From Anaeromyxobacteraceae bacterium (GTDB lineage Bacteria > Myxococcota > Myxococcia > Myxococcales > Anaeromyxobacteraceae), in contig JAULAX010000018.1 of NCBI GenBank assembly GCA_032654565.1, positions 454,415-518,414 of the forward strand: a stretch of DNA of 64,000 nucleotides. The letters run 5' to 3'. Below are positions 40,626-49,521 of this stretch, one piece after another (position 1 is the stretch's first letter; each line of letters opens with the position of its first letter). The translations under genes were made by a program, and so were the position numbers. The notes under the pieces are model-generated. The model ran no database searches, had not been told where the DNA came from, and saw nothing but the letters and a program-made list of their open reading frames with translations.

Positions 40626-40825
40626 GGGAGAACTTCAAGGACGGGCCGCTGGGGCAGGGGGAGGTCTCCGGTCCTGGGCGCTGCCAGGTCTGCGGCGCGG
40701 TGGGGCCGACCCTGCAGCTGCACGGGGCGCCGCCGCCCAACCAGCTCTGCCCGCGCTGCGTGCTGGAGCAGCGCGACGGCCTGCAGGGCGGCGCCGGCGC
40801 CGACGACGAGGAGTACGGCAGCTAG
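40622..40825 (+). CDS. Small CxxC...CxxC hypothetical protein
   Basis: 67 aa, CQVC and CPRC; GTGA overlap with the upstream stop. Confidence 0.5.
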   Translation: MRENFKDGPLGQGEVSGPGRCQVCGAVGPTLQLHGAPPPNQLCPRCVLEQRDGLQGGAGADDEEYGS

Positions 40826-40861
40826 CGCCAGCCCGGGCCGGGGACGGCCCGGTCAACCCGG

Positions 40862-42511
40862 TCAGCGCTTGTTCTTCTTGCGCGCCTTCTTGCGGGCCTG
40901 GCGCTCGGCCTTGCGCTTCTTCTGCCGGGCCTCGCGATCCTTGGCGCTCTCGCCCACCGCCACCGGCTCGGGCGAGTAGCCCATGAGCCGGGCCCGGGCC
41001 ATGGCCCCGGCCGGCATCGGCGGGGTGAAGCCGCGGGGGAGCCCGGCGGCGCGGGCCATGGCGGCCTGGTCCATGCCGCCCCCCATGGCCTGCTCGAAGG
41101 CCCCGGCGTCGCTGCCGAGGACGTCCTCCATCCCCTTGCCCTGCAGCTGGCGCAGGTTCATCAGGTTCTTCATGCCGGGCAGGCGGGACAGCAGGCCCGG
41201 CGCCGAGCCGACCTGCTTCATCACCATGCGCATGGCGTTGTACTGCTTGAGGAGGTTCTTGACCTCCTTCTCCGGCCGGCCCGAGCCGCGGGCGATGCGC
41301 TTGATGCGCGGCTCGGTGATGGTGTCGGGGCGCTGCCGCTCGACGCGGGTCATCGAGCCGATCATGGCGACGATCTTGCCGAGCGCCTGGTCGTCGAACT
41401 GGAACCCCTCGGGCAGCTCGCCGAAGAGCGGGAACTTCTCCATCAGCTCGCCGAGCGGCCCCATCTTGCGGACCAGCTGGATCTGCCCGACGAAGTCGTC
41501 CAGCGTGAAGTCGCCGCTGAGCAGCTTCTTGGCGTCGGCCTCGGCCTGGTCGGCGTCGACGTGCTGCTCGAAGTCCTTCATCAGCCCGACCACGTCGCCG
41601 AAGCCGAGGATGCGGCTGGCCAGCCCCTCGGGCCGGAACTCCTCGAGGCGGTCCAGCCCCTCGCCCATGCCGAGGAACTTGATGGGCTTGCCGGTGACCT
41701 CCTTGATGGAGAGGGCGGCGCCGCCGCGGGCGTCGCCGTCGAGCTTGGTGAGGACGAAGCCGGAGAGGTCGAGCCGGCGGTCGAACTCCACCGCGGTCTT
41801 GACGGCGTCCTGGCCGATCATGGCGTCGCAGACCAGCAGGATGTTCTGCGGCGCCACCGCAGCCTTGATCTCCTCCAGCTCGGTCATCAGCTGGTCGTCG
41901 ATGGCCAGCCGGCCGGCGGTGTCGTAGATGACCACCGTGGCGTGGGCCTTCTGGGCCGCCTCGCGGGCCCGGCGGCAGAGCTCGGGCGGCTGCAGCCCGG
42001 CCTCGTGGAAGACCGGCACCCCCAGCTGCTCGCCCAGCACCCTGAGCTGCTCGACGGCGGCGGGCCGGTAGATGTCGGCGGCCACCAGGAAGGGCTTCTT
42101 CCCCTCCTTCTTGAGCTTGCTGGCCAGCTTGCCGGCGGTGGTGGTCTTGCCCGAGCCCTGCAGGCCGACCAGCATGATGCCGGCGAGGACGCGGTCGGGG
42201 AGGGTGAGCGAGGTGTCGACGGGGCCCATCAGCCCCTCGAGCTCGTCGTGGCAGATCTTGATGAAGTGATCCTGGGGGGTGACCTGCAGCTTCCCCCTGG
42301 CGGTCTTGACCCGGGTCTCGACCACCTCGCCCACGGCCTTCTCGCGGACCCGGGCCACGAAGCGCTTCACCACGTCGAAGGAGACGTCGGCCTCGAGCAG
42401 CGAGACCCGGATGTCGCGCAGCGCCTCGTCCACCACCTCGGTGGTGATCTCGGTGCGACCCTTCAGCTTGTTGCGCGCCGCCTTGAAGCCCTTGGCCACC
42501 GTCTCGAACAC
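40862..42511 (-). CDS. ffh: Signal recognition particle protein Ffh
   Basis: GLQGSGKTT, DIYRPAA, DTAGR, TKLDGDARGG, M domain, long basic C-terminal tail. Confidence 0.97.
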   Translation of the reverse strand: MFETVAKGFKAARNKLKGRTEITTEVVDEALRDIRVSLLEADVSFDVVKRFVARVREKAVGEVVETRVKTARGKLQVTPQDHFIKICHDELEGLMGPVDTSLTLPDRVLAGIMLVGLQGSGKTTTAGKLASKLKKEGKKPFLVAADIYRPAAVEQLRVLGEQLGVPVFHEAGLQPPELCRRAREAAQKAHATVVIYDTAGRLAIDDQLMTELEEIKAAVAPQNILLVCDAMIGQDAVKTAVEFDRRLDLSGFVLTKLDGDARGGAALSIKEVTGKPIKFLGMGEGLDRLEEFRPEGLASRILGFGDVVGLMKDFEQHVDADQAEADAKKLLSGDFTLDDFVGQIQLVRKMGPLGELMEKFPLFGELPEGFQFDDQALGKIVAMIGSMTRVERQRPDTITEPRIKRIARGSGRPEKEVKNLLKQYNAMRMVMKQVGSAPGLLSRLPGMKNLMNLRQLQGKGMEDVLGSDAGAFEQAMGGGMDQAAMARAAGLPRGFTPPMPAGAMARARLMGYSPEPVAVGESAKDREARQKKRKAERQARKKARKKNKR

Positions 42512-42566
42512 GTCTGGAAACCTCCGGAAGCGGGCTTATATCACGCCCATGCTAGGGTTTCCCGCC

Positions 42567-43010
42567 ATGGACGAAGGGCCGCGCTTCTTCACCGTCGAGG
42601 AGGCCAACGACGCCGTCGGCGACCTCCAGCTGGAGTTCGGGCGCATCGCCCAGGTCCGCGCCGAGCTCCGGCCGCTGGTGGAGTCGCTGGGCGGCGCCGA
42701 CCTGGTGGTGGGGGTGCTGCAGCGCGACGAGGCGGCCCCCGACGGGCGGGAGGCCGAGGTGGCCCGGCTGCGCTGGCTGGCCGACCAGATCACCGCGGCG
42801 GTGGAGCGGATCAACGGCATGGGCTGCCTGGTGAAGGACCTCGACCAGGGGCTGGTGGACTTCTACGCGCTCCGCGACGACGAGCCGGTCTTCCTCTGCT
42901 GGCAGTTCGGCGAGCCGGCGGTGACCCACTGGCACCCGCTCGACGAGGGGTTCGCCACCCGCAAGCCGCTGGCCGGGGTCAGCTACCGGCCGCCGCCGTT
43001 CGTGAACTGA
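42567..43010 (+). CDS. DUF2203-family protein
   Basis: RFFTVEEAN, KDLDQGLVDF, LCWQFGE, HWHPLDEGFATRKP. Confidence 0.88.
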   Translation: MDEGPRFFTVEEANDAVGDLQLEFGRIAQVRAELRPLVESLGGADLVVGVLQRDEAAPDGREAEVARLRWLADQITAAVERINGMGCLVKDLDQGLVDFYALRDDEPVFLCWQFGEPAVTHWHPLDEGFATRKPLAGVSYRPPPFVN

Positions 43011-43024
43011 CCCGGCGCCGGGTG

Positions 43025-43109
43025 TAGGGCCGCCCGGACTCGAACCGGGATTCCGCCTTCGCGGCTGGAGATTTTAAGTCCCCTGCGTCTACCGTTTCGC
43101 CACGGCCCC
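43025..43109 (-). tRNA. tRNA-Leu (anticodon UAA)
   Basis: Minus strand GGGGCCG TGGCGAAACGGTAGACGC A GGGGA-CTTAAAA-TCTCC, long variable arm, CCCGG-TTCGAGT-CCGGG CGGCCCT A; CCA not encoded. Confidence 0.95.
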
Positions 43110-43146
43110 GCGGCCACTCTAGCGCAGGACCGACCCGAGCCCCGCC

Positions 43147-44169
43147 TCAGCGTGCGTAGCGGGACTCGAAGAGGGCGCGCAGCCGCGGGTGGCGGCGCAG
43201 CAGCGCCAGGGTCAGCTCGGCGTGGCCGGGTGCGTAGCCGTTGCCGATGAGCAGGGTGGCGTCCTTGCCCACCCCCTCGGCGCCCAGCGCCGCCCCGGTG
43301 AAGCTGGTGGCCATGGAGAAGAAGATGACGGTGCCGCCGTCCTTGACGGCCAGCAGCGCCGCCATCTCGGTGCCGGCCACCGAGGCGCAGTTGACCACCA
43401 GGTCGAAGCGCCCGCCGGCCGCCTCCACCTTCGCCAGCGCCCCGACCGCGTCGGTGGCGTCGAGCTGCAGCAGCTGGTCGCAGGCGCCGAGGCCGCCCAG
43501 GGCCTCGAGCGCCCGGGGGGAGAAGTCGGCCGCCACCAGCCAGCCGGTGGCGCCGAGGTTCTCGCGGGCCTGCACCGCCACCAGCGCCCCCGACTTGCCT
43601 GCGCCCAGCACCAGCACCCGCTGCCCGGGCCGGGCGTGGCGGGCCACCAGCGCCGGGGCCCCGCAGACGTCGAGCGCCGCCAGCGCCAGCGTCTCCGGCA
43701 GGTCGTCGGGGAGGCGCGCCCAGAGCCCGGTGGCGAAGAGGATGGCCAGGCCGCGGCACTCGACCCGGTCGATCTCGGGCCGGACCGCGGTGATGGCGTC
43801 GAGCCGGAGCGGCGTGAGCGTCAGCGACACCAGGGTGGCGACGCGGGCGCCGGGCTGGAGCGTGCCGGCGGCGGGGTGGCGCGGGCCGACGGCGCGGACC
43901 CGGCCGATGAGCATGCCGCCCGAGCCGGTGACCGGGTTCTGCAGCTTGCCGCGCTCGGCGACCAGCCGGGTGATGGCGGCGGCGATGGCGTCCGGCTCGC
44001 GCCCCACCACCGACTCGATCTGCCGGAAGGAAGCGGCGTCGACGTTGAGGGCCTCGACGTCGATGGAGAGCTCGTCCTCGCCAAGGGGGAGGGTGGGGTC
44101 GAGCCGGTCGGCGCGCTGGGGGAGCACGCCGGGGGGCGAGACCACGCGCCGCAGGCCATAGGGGTCCAT
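43147..44169 (-). CDS. kdd: L-erythro-3,5-diaminohexanoate dehydrogenase
   Basis: YGLRRV...LPQ, LNVDAASF, GKLQNPVTGSGGMLIG, LVSLTLTPL, LDVCGAP, IGNGY. Confidence 0.88.
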   Translation of the reverse strand: MDPYGLRRVVSPPGVLPQRADRLDPTLPLGEDELSIDVEALNVDAASFRQIESVVGREPDAIAAAITRLVAERGKLQNPVTGSGGMLIGRVRAVGPRHPAAGTLQPGARVATLVSLTLTPLRLDAITAVRPEIDRVECRGLAILFATGLWARLPDDLPETLALAALDVCGAPALVARHARPGQRVLVLGAGKSGALVAVQARENLGATGWLVAADFSPRALEALGGLGACDQLLQLDATDAVGALAKVEAAGGRFDLVVNCASVAGTEMAALLAVKDGGTVIFFSMATSFTGAALGAEGVGKDATLLIGNGYAPGHAELTLALLRRHPRLRALFESRYAR

Positions 44170-44218
44170 GCGCCTAACGTAGCCTCGACTCCCGGCCGCG
44201 GCTAGAGTCGAGGGACGC

Positions 44219-45952
44219 ATGCGCTACCACCTCTCCTGTCCCGAGCCAGCCACCCACCTCTTCCACCTGGCGCTGGAGGTGCAGCGGCCCGGCGAGGCCA
44301 TCGAGCTGGCCCTGCCGGTCTGGACCCCCGGCAGCTACCTGGTGCGCGAGTTCGCCCGCCACCTCGAGGCGGTGACCGCCGCCGACGACGCCGGCCGGCC
44401 GCTGCCGGTGGAGCGGCTCGACAAGCACCGCTTCCGGGTGCGGAGCGGGGGGGCCGCGGCGGTGACGGTGCGCTGGCGGGTCTACGCCAACGAGCTGACG
44501 GTGCGGACCAGCCACCTCGACGCCACCCACGGCTTCGTCTCGCCGGCCGGGGTCTTCCTCTCGGTGCGGGGGCGGGAGGCCGAGCCGCACACCGTGGTGG
44601 TGGCGCCGCCGCCGGGCTGGCAGGTGGCCACGGCGCTGGCCGGCGGCCCCCTGCAGTTCACGGCCCGTGACTACGACGAGCTGGTCGACTCGCCGCTGGA
44701 GCTGGGGACCCACCGGCTGGCCACCTTCGAGGCCCTGGGCGTGCCCCACCAGCTGGCGGTCTGGGGGCGCGGCAACCTCGACCTGACCCGGCTCAGCGTC
44801 GACCTGGAGACCATCGTCGAGGCGGTGGGCGGCTTCTGGGGCGGGCTCCCCTACCAGCGCTACCTCTTCATCCTCCACCTCACCGGGAAGGGACGCGGCG
44901 GCCTGGAGCACCTGGCCTCCACGGCGGTGCTCTACCCGCGGATGGGCTTCTCCGACGCCGAGGCCTACGGCGACGCCCTCTCCCTGCTGATCCACGAGTT
45001 CTTCCACGCCTGGAACGTCAAGCGGCTGCGGCCGGCGGCGCTGACCCCGTACCGGTACGACGGCGAGCAGTACACGCGGCTGCTCTGGTGGTTCGAGGGG
45101 GGCACCTCCTACTACGAGCAGCTGCTGCTGGCCCGGGCCGGGCTGCTGCCGGCCCGCCGCTACCTGCGCTCGCTGGGGCGGCTGCTGACCACGCTGGCCC
45201 GCACCCCCGGCGCGGCGAAGCTCACCGTGGAGGAGGCCAGCCAGCTGGCCTGGGTGAAGCTCTACCGGCCCGACGAGAACAGCGGCAACAGCGGCGTCAG
45301 CTACTACCTGAAGGGCGAGCTGGTGGCGCTGGCGCTCGACCTGGCGCTGCGCCGCGCCGGCCACGACCTGGACGGCGTGATGCGCGAGGCCTACGCCCGC
45401 TGGGCGCAGGGCGGCCTGCCGGAGGACGGGATCGAGCAGCTGGTGGCGGAGCGGCTGGGGCCCGAGGCGGCGCGGACCCTCTTCGACGCCACGGTGCGCA
45501 GCCACGGCATGCCCTCGCTCGACCTGGCGCAGGTGGGGCTGGGGCTGCGGCGGCGCGTCGCCCAGGGGGCCGACGACAAGGGTGGGACGCCGGGCAAGGG
45601 CGAGGAGCGGCGGGCCGGCTGGTTGGGGGCGGAGTTCGGCGCCGGGCTGACGGTCAAGTCGGTGCGTGAGGGGAGTCCGGCCTGGCGGGCGGGGCTGACC
45701 GCCGACGACGAGCTGGTGGCGGAGGGGGGCTTCCGGGTGGACGGCAAGGGGCTGCAGCAGCGGCTGGAGGAGCAGGGGCCGGAGGGGCGGCTGCGGCTGG
45801 CCCTGTTCCGGCGGGAGGAGCTGCTGGAGGTGGAGGTGCCGCTCGCCGAGCCGCCCGAGGACACCCTGTGGCTGGAGCCGCTGCCGGAGGTCACGCCGGC
45901 GCAGCGGGCCGCCTTCACCGCCTGGTGCGGGGCCGAGTGGCCGGGGGCCTGA
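44219..45952 (+). CDS. M61-family (glycyl) aminopeptidase with PDZ domain
   Basis: WTPGSY, GGLEH, HEFFHAWNVKR, WWFEGGTSYY, SYYLKG; C-terminal PDZ. Confidence 0.92.
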   Translation: MRYHLSCPEPATHLFHLALEVQRPGEAIELALPVWTPGSYLVREFARHLEAVTAADDAGRPLPVERLDKHRFRVRSGGAAAVTVRWRVYANELTVRTSHLDATHGFVSPAGVFLSVRGREAEPHTVVVAPPPGWQVATALAGGPLQFTARDYDELVDSPLELGTHRLATFEALGVPHQLAVWGRGNLDLTRLSVDLETIVEAVGGFWGGLPYQRYLFILHLTGKGRGGLEHLASTAVLYPRMGFSDAEAYGDALSLLIHEFFHAWNVKRLRPAALTPYRYDGEQYTRLLWWFEGGTSYYEQLLLARAGLLPARRYLRSLGRLLTTLARTPGAAKLTVEEASQLAWVKLYRPDENSGNSGVSYYLKGELVALALDLALRRAGHDLDGVMREAYARWAQGGLPEDGIEQLVAERLGPEAARTLFDATVRSHGMPSLDLAQVGLGLRRRVAQGADDKGGTPGKGEERRAGWLGAEFGAGLTVKSVREGSPAWRAGLTADDELVAEGGFRVDGKGLQQRLEEQGPEGRLRLALFRREELLEVEVPLAEPPEDTLWLEPLPEVTPAQRAAFTAWCGAEWPGA

Positions 45953-45975
45953 GCCCGGGTTAGAACCGAGGCGCC

Positions 45976-47349
45976 ATGACCCTGGACCCGACCGTGTTCG
46001 CCGAGCGCCGTGCCCGCGTCTTCGAGGAGCTGGAGCGGCGCGGCGGCGGGGTGCTGCTGCTGCCCTCCGCCGGCGAGAAGCTGCGCAACAGCACCAACGA
46101 GCACCTCTTCCGCCAGGACTCGGACTTCCACTACCTGACCGGGCTGGAGGAGCCGGACTCCTGCGCGCTGCTCTCGGCCCGCCCCGGCGAGCGGCGGTTC
46201 CTGCTCTTCGTGCGGCCGCGCGACAAGGAGAAGGAGATCTGGAACGGGCGGCGGGTGGGCGTGGAGGGGGCCCGGGCGGTGCTGGGGGCCGACCTCGCCT
46301 TCATCATGGGTGACCTGGCCACGGAGCTGCCGCGCTGGCTCGACGCCGCGGCCACGCTCTGGTTCCCGCTGGGGGCCGACCCGGCCTGGGACACCCGGGT
46401 CATCGGCGTGGTGACCGGGCTGCGCGGGCAGGGGCGGGCCGGCAAGCGGGCGCCGGCGGCGCTGGCCGACCCGGGGGCGGTGCTCCACGAGCTGCGGCTG
46501 CTGAAGCGCCCCGAGGAGCTGGCGCTGCTGCGCAAGGCGGTCGACCTGACCACCGAGGGGCACCTGGCGGCCATGCGCGACGGCTGCGCCGGGCGGCGCG
46601 AGCACCAGGTGCAGGCCGAGATCGAGTACGCCTTCCGCCGCCGCGGGGCGGCCGGGCCGGGCTACGGCACCATCGTGGCGGCCGGGGCCAACTCCACCAT
46701 CCTCCACTACCGGGCCGGCGACGCCGAGCTGCGCGACGGCCAGGTCTGCCTGGTGGACGCCGGCGGCGAGTACGGGCTCTACACCGCCGACGTGACCCGG
46801 ACCTTCCCGGTCTCGGGGAAGTTCAGCGGCGCCCAGCGCGACCTCTACCAGGCCTGCCTGGCCGCCCAGCTGGCGGCCATCGCCGCGGTCAAGCCGGGGG
46901 CGACCATCGACGGCATCCACGCGGTCTCGGTGCGGGCGCTCACCGAGGGGCTGGTGGGGCTGGGGCTGCTGCCGGGGCCGGTGGAGGATCGGGTGGCGGA
47001 GGGGGACGCGCTGCTCAAGCTCGCGCCCGGCTCGCCGGAGGAGCGGGCGGCGCCCAAGGGCTACCGGCGCTTCTACATGCACCGCACCAGCCACTGGCTG
47101 GGCATGGACGTGCACGACGTGGGCGACTACGTGGTGGGCGGGGCCAGCCGGCCGCTGGTGCCGGGCATGGTGCTGACGGTGGAGCCGGGGCTCTACGTGG
47201 CAGAGGACGACGAGCAGGCGCCGCCGGCGCTGCGCGGGGTGGGGATCCGGATCGAGGACGACCTGCTGGTCACCGAGGCGGGGCACGAGAACCTGACGGT
47301 CGGGGTGCCCAAGGAGATCGCCGACGTCGAGGCGGCCTGCACGCGGTGA
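45976..47349 (+). CDS. pepP: Xaa-Pro aminopeptidase P
   Basis: FRQDSDFHYLTG, DAGGE, ADVTRTFP, HWLGMDVHD, TVEPG, GIRIEDD. Confidence 0.93.
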   Translation: MTLDPTVFAERRARVFEELERRGGGVLLLPSAGEKLRNSTNEHLFRQDSDFHYLTGLEEPDSCALLSARPGERRFLLFVRPRDKEKEIWNGRRVGVEGARAVLGADLAFIMGDLATELPRWLDAAATLWFPLGADPAWDTRVIGVVTGLRGQGRAGKRAPAALADPGAVLHELRLLKRPEELALLRKAVDLTTEGHLAAMRDGCAGRREHQVQAEIEYAFRRRGAAGPGYGTIVAAGANSTILHYRAGDAELRDGQVCLVDAGGEYGLYTADVTRTFPVSGKFSGAQRDLYQACLAAQLAAIAAVKPGATIDGIHAVSVRALTEGLVGLGLLPGPVEDRVAEGDALLKLAPGSPEERAAPKGYRRFYMHRTSHWLGMDVHDVGDYVVGGASRPLVPGMVLTVEPGLYVAEDDEQAPPALRGVGIRIEDDLLVTEAGHENLTVGVPKEIADVEAACTR

Positions 47350-47386
47350 CCGGCCCGGAGGGGGCCGGCGCCGGGGATCGCGGCGC

Positions 47387-47415
47387 TTGACAGCCCCTCG
47401 GCCGTCCAGTATTTA
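47387..47415 (+). promoter_or_regulatory. Putative sigma70 promoter for tRNA-Pro
   Basis: Perfect TTGACA, 17-bp spacer, weak -10 TATTTA, about 65 bp upstream of the tRNA. Confidence 0.5.
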
Positions 47416-47479
47416 CGCGGCCTTCCGCTGGTTCGGCTCCCTCCCGGGGAGTCGAGAAAACCGCCCGCGGGTGCAGCAA

Positions 47480-47553
47480 CGGGGAGTGGCTCAGCCTGGT
47501 AGAGCACTTGGTTCGGGACCAAGGGGTCGCAGGTTCAAATCCTGTCTCCCCGA
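47480..47553 (+). tRNA. tRNA-Pro (anticodon CGG)
   Basis: CGGGGAG TGGCTCAGCCTGGTAGAGC A CTTGG-TTCGGGA-CCAAG GGGTC GCAGG-TTCAAAT-CCTGT CTCCCCG A; C1-G72, A73; CCA not encoded. Confidence 0.96.
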
Positions 47554-47559
47554 CATTCA

Positions 47560-47610
47560 GAAGGCCGCGATGTCACTCGGGAAACCGGTGGCACGCGGCC
47601 TTCATCTTTT
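47560..47610 (+). terminator. Long hairpin plus U-tract after tRNA-Pro
   Basis: GAAGGCCGCG-ATGTCACTCGG-GAAA-CCGGTGGCA-CGCGGCCTTC-ATCTTTT. Confidence 0.7.
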
Positions 47611-48124
47611 CCGGCACCCTCTCCGCGCACCACCGGCGCACCATATTCCGTGACGCCAGGTGCGGAGAATGCGCCTGGTGCGGGGATCTCGGGCGGCGCG
47701 AGGAGGGTGGACCTGGGCCCCACGGCCGAGTTGCCCAGCGCCATCCCGGCGTTCCTGGAGGCGTGCGGGAAGCTGGCGGGGGAGGCGACCGCGCGGGGTG
47801 AGCACGTGCTGGCCAGGGAACTCATCGAGTTGGCGGGTCGCGTGGTGTCCGCTGAGGACCTCGGGCGATAAGTCTGTCCGCCACGACGATGGCGAGGACG
47901 GAACCCTCTCTTCGTTGGTGTCCACCAAGACGGATCAAGCCCAGCCGGCCCCTTGCTTGACGGGTCAAACCAAGTCAGGACGCAGACTGTGCGATCCGCC
48001 TCGCCGATCCCACGCCACCTGATACACTTCGAGTCTGAGCTTCGAGAGACAGCTCGTGGGTTCCGTCGATGGGCGGCTCTCTAGCGGTATGCTTCGCGTG
48101 CGGCCTGACGTCTGGGGGACCTCG

Positions 48125-49516
48125 ATGGAGAAGAACGAACAACTTCTCAAGTGCCGCGATGACCAAGCGCCAGTCCTTTTCTCGGTGGAGGATCCGAAGA
48201 GTTCCGAACCGTTCAGGCTAGCGAAAGGCGCAAGCTGCTCGTGGCAGCCGGATGGGCAGCCATTCGGCGCAAGCAAGCTGCGCTCGCGGATCGAACCTTG
48301 GCTCACGGCACTCGTTCAATCGGAGCACCTGTCCCTGCTCGTGGGATCGGGGCTGAGCCACGCAGTCTACGGTCTGGGGACTGGGTCAAAGCTGCCGGGA
48401 ATGGGCGCGGTGAAGTTCAGTGTTCATGACAAGGAGATCACCGAAGCAGCGAAGCGCTCCGCAACTGGCGCAGGGCGAATGGACGGTAACATCGAAGACC
48501 AAATTCGCGTCGTGAACGAACTCATCCGCGGGATGCAGGTCCTGTTGCCAGGCGGGGGCTCGGGACTCGAAAAGAAGGTGGGTGATCTTCGCGCGGACCT
48601 CAACCGCATCCTCGGGGAGTTCGCGGCTTCCATCCTAGCCGGAGAACGCGGGCTCATTGCCGCGAACAAGGACCAGAGAGAGCAGGCCTTCAATTACCTG
48701 GTAAGCTTCTTGATGAGCTTCGCGAGCAGAACTGGGACACGTGACCGGCTTCACATCTTCACGACCAATTACGACCGGTTCATCGAAGCCGGAGCGGAAG
48801 CTGCCGGGCTCCGACTGATCGACCGATTTGTCGGCTCGCTTGCGGCAGTCTTCCGTTCTTCGCGCCTCGACGTGGACATGCACTACAACCCCCCGGGCAT
48901 CCGTGGCGAGCCGCGCTACCTTGAGGGGGTTGCGCGCTTTACCAAGCTCCACGGATCACTCGATTGGGTGGACGCGGGTAACGCGATCCGGCGCGTCGGC
49001 GTGGCGTTCGGGGCTCCGAGTGTCGGTCCGTATCTAGAGGCGCCTGGGCTCGCCTCTGCTGAAGCGATGCAATTGATGATCTATCCGAACGCTGCGAAGG
49101 ACCAGGAGACCGCTGCATACCCGTACGTCGAGCTGTTCCGGGACTTCGCAGCCGCGGTGTGCCGGCCGAACTGCACACTCGTGTGCTTCGGCTACAGCTT
49201 CGGCGACGAGCACATCAACCGAGTGATTGAAGACATGCTGACGATTCCCTCAAGCCACCTCGTGGTAATCGCACGCGGGGACCCCCTCGGCCGCATTCTG
49301 GGAACCTACGAGCGCCTCGGCAGGTCCGCGCAGGTCACCCTCATGCTTGGAGACCACCTCGGCGACCTGCAGGCACTCGTCGATAACTACTTGCCAAAGC
49401 CTGCCATCGACAGAACGACGTTCCGGATGGCCGAACTACTGAGAGGCCGCTGGGGTAGCAGTGAAGACAAGCCGGCCGCCCAAGAGCCCAGCGTTCCGAC
49501 GCCCGAGGAAGTCTGA
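48125..49516 (+). CDS. SIR2-like NADase (SIR2_2 type), effector of Sir2-HerA defence
   Basis: LLVGSGLS, IFTTNYD, KLHGSLDW, GYSFGDEHIN; start taken at ATG 48125 after GGGGAC. Confidence 0.9.
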   Translation: MEKNEQLLKCRDDQAPVLFSVEDPKSSEPFRLAKGASCSWQPDGQPFGASKLRSRIEPWLTALVQSEHLSLLVGSGLSHAVYGLGTGSKLPGMGAVKFSVHDKEITEAAKRSATGAGRMDGNIEDQIRVVNELIRGMQVLLPGGGSGLEKKVGDLRADLNRILGEFAASILAGERGLIAANKDQREQAFNYLVSFLMSFASRTGTRDRLHIFTTNYDRFIEAGAEAAGLRLIDRFVGSLAAVFRSSRLDVDMHYNPPGIRGEPRYLEGVARFTKLHGSLDWVDAGNAIRRVGVAFGAPSVGPYLEAPGLASAEAMQLMIYPNAAKDQETAAYPYVELFRDFAAAVCRPNCTLVCFGYSFGDEHINRVIEDMLTIPSSHLVVIARGDPLGRILGTYERLGRSAQVTLMLGDHLGDLQALVDNYLPKPAIDRTTFRMAELLRGRWGSSEDKPAAQEPSVPTPEEV

Positions 49517-49521
49517 GCGTC

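Noticed and set aside
40862..41150. Long Met/Gly-rich and basic C-terminal extension of Ffh
   Set aside because: Such tails are common in Ffh proteins; nothing indicates a fusion or frameshift.
47650..47871. 73-aa ORF just after tRNA-Pro as an integrase or excisionase remnant
   Set aside because: No tyrosine/serine recombinase or HTH motif is visible; it cannot be supported as a gene.
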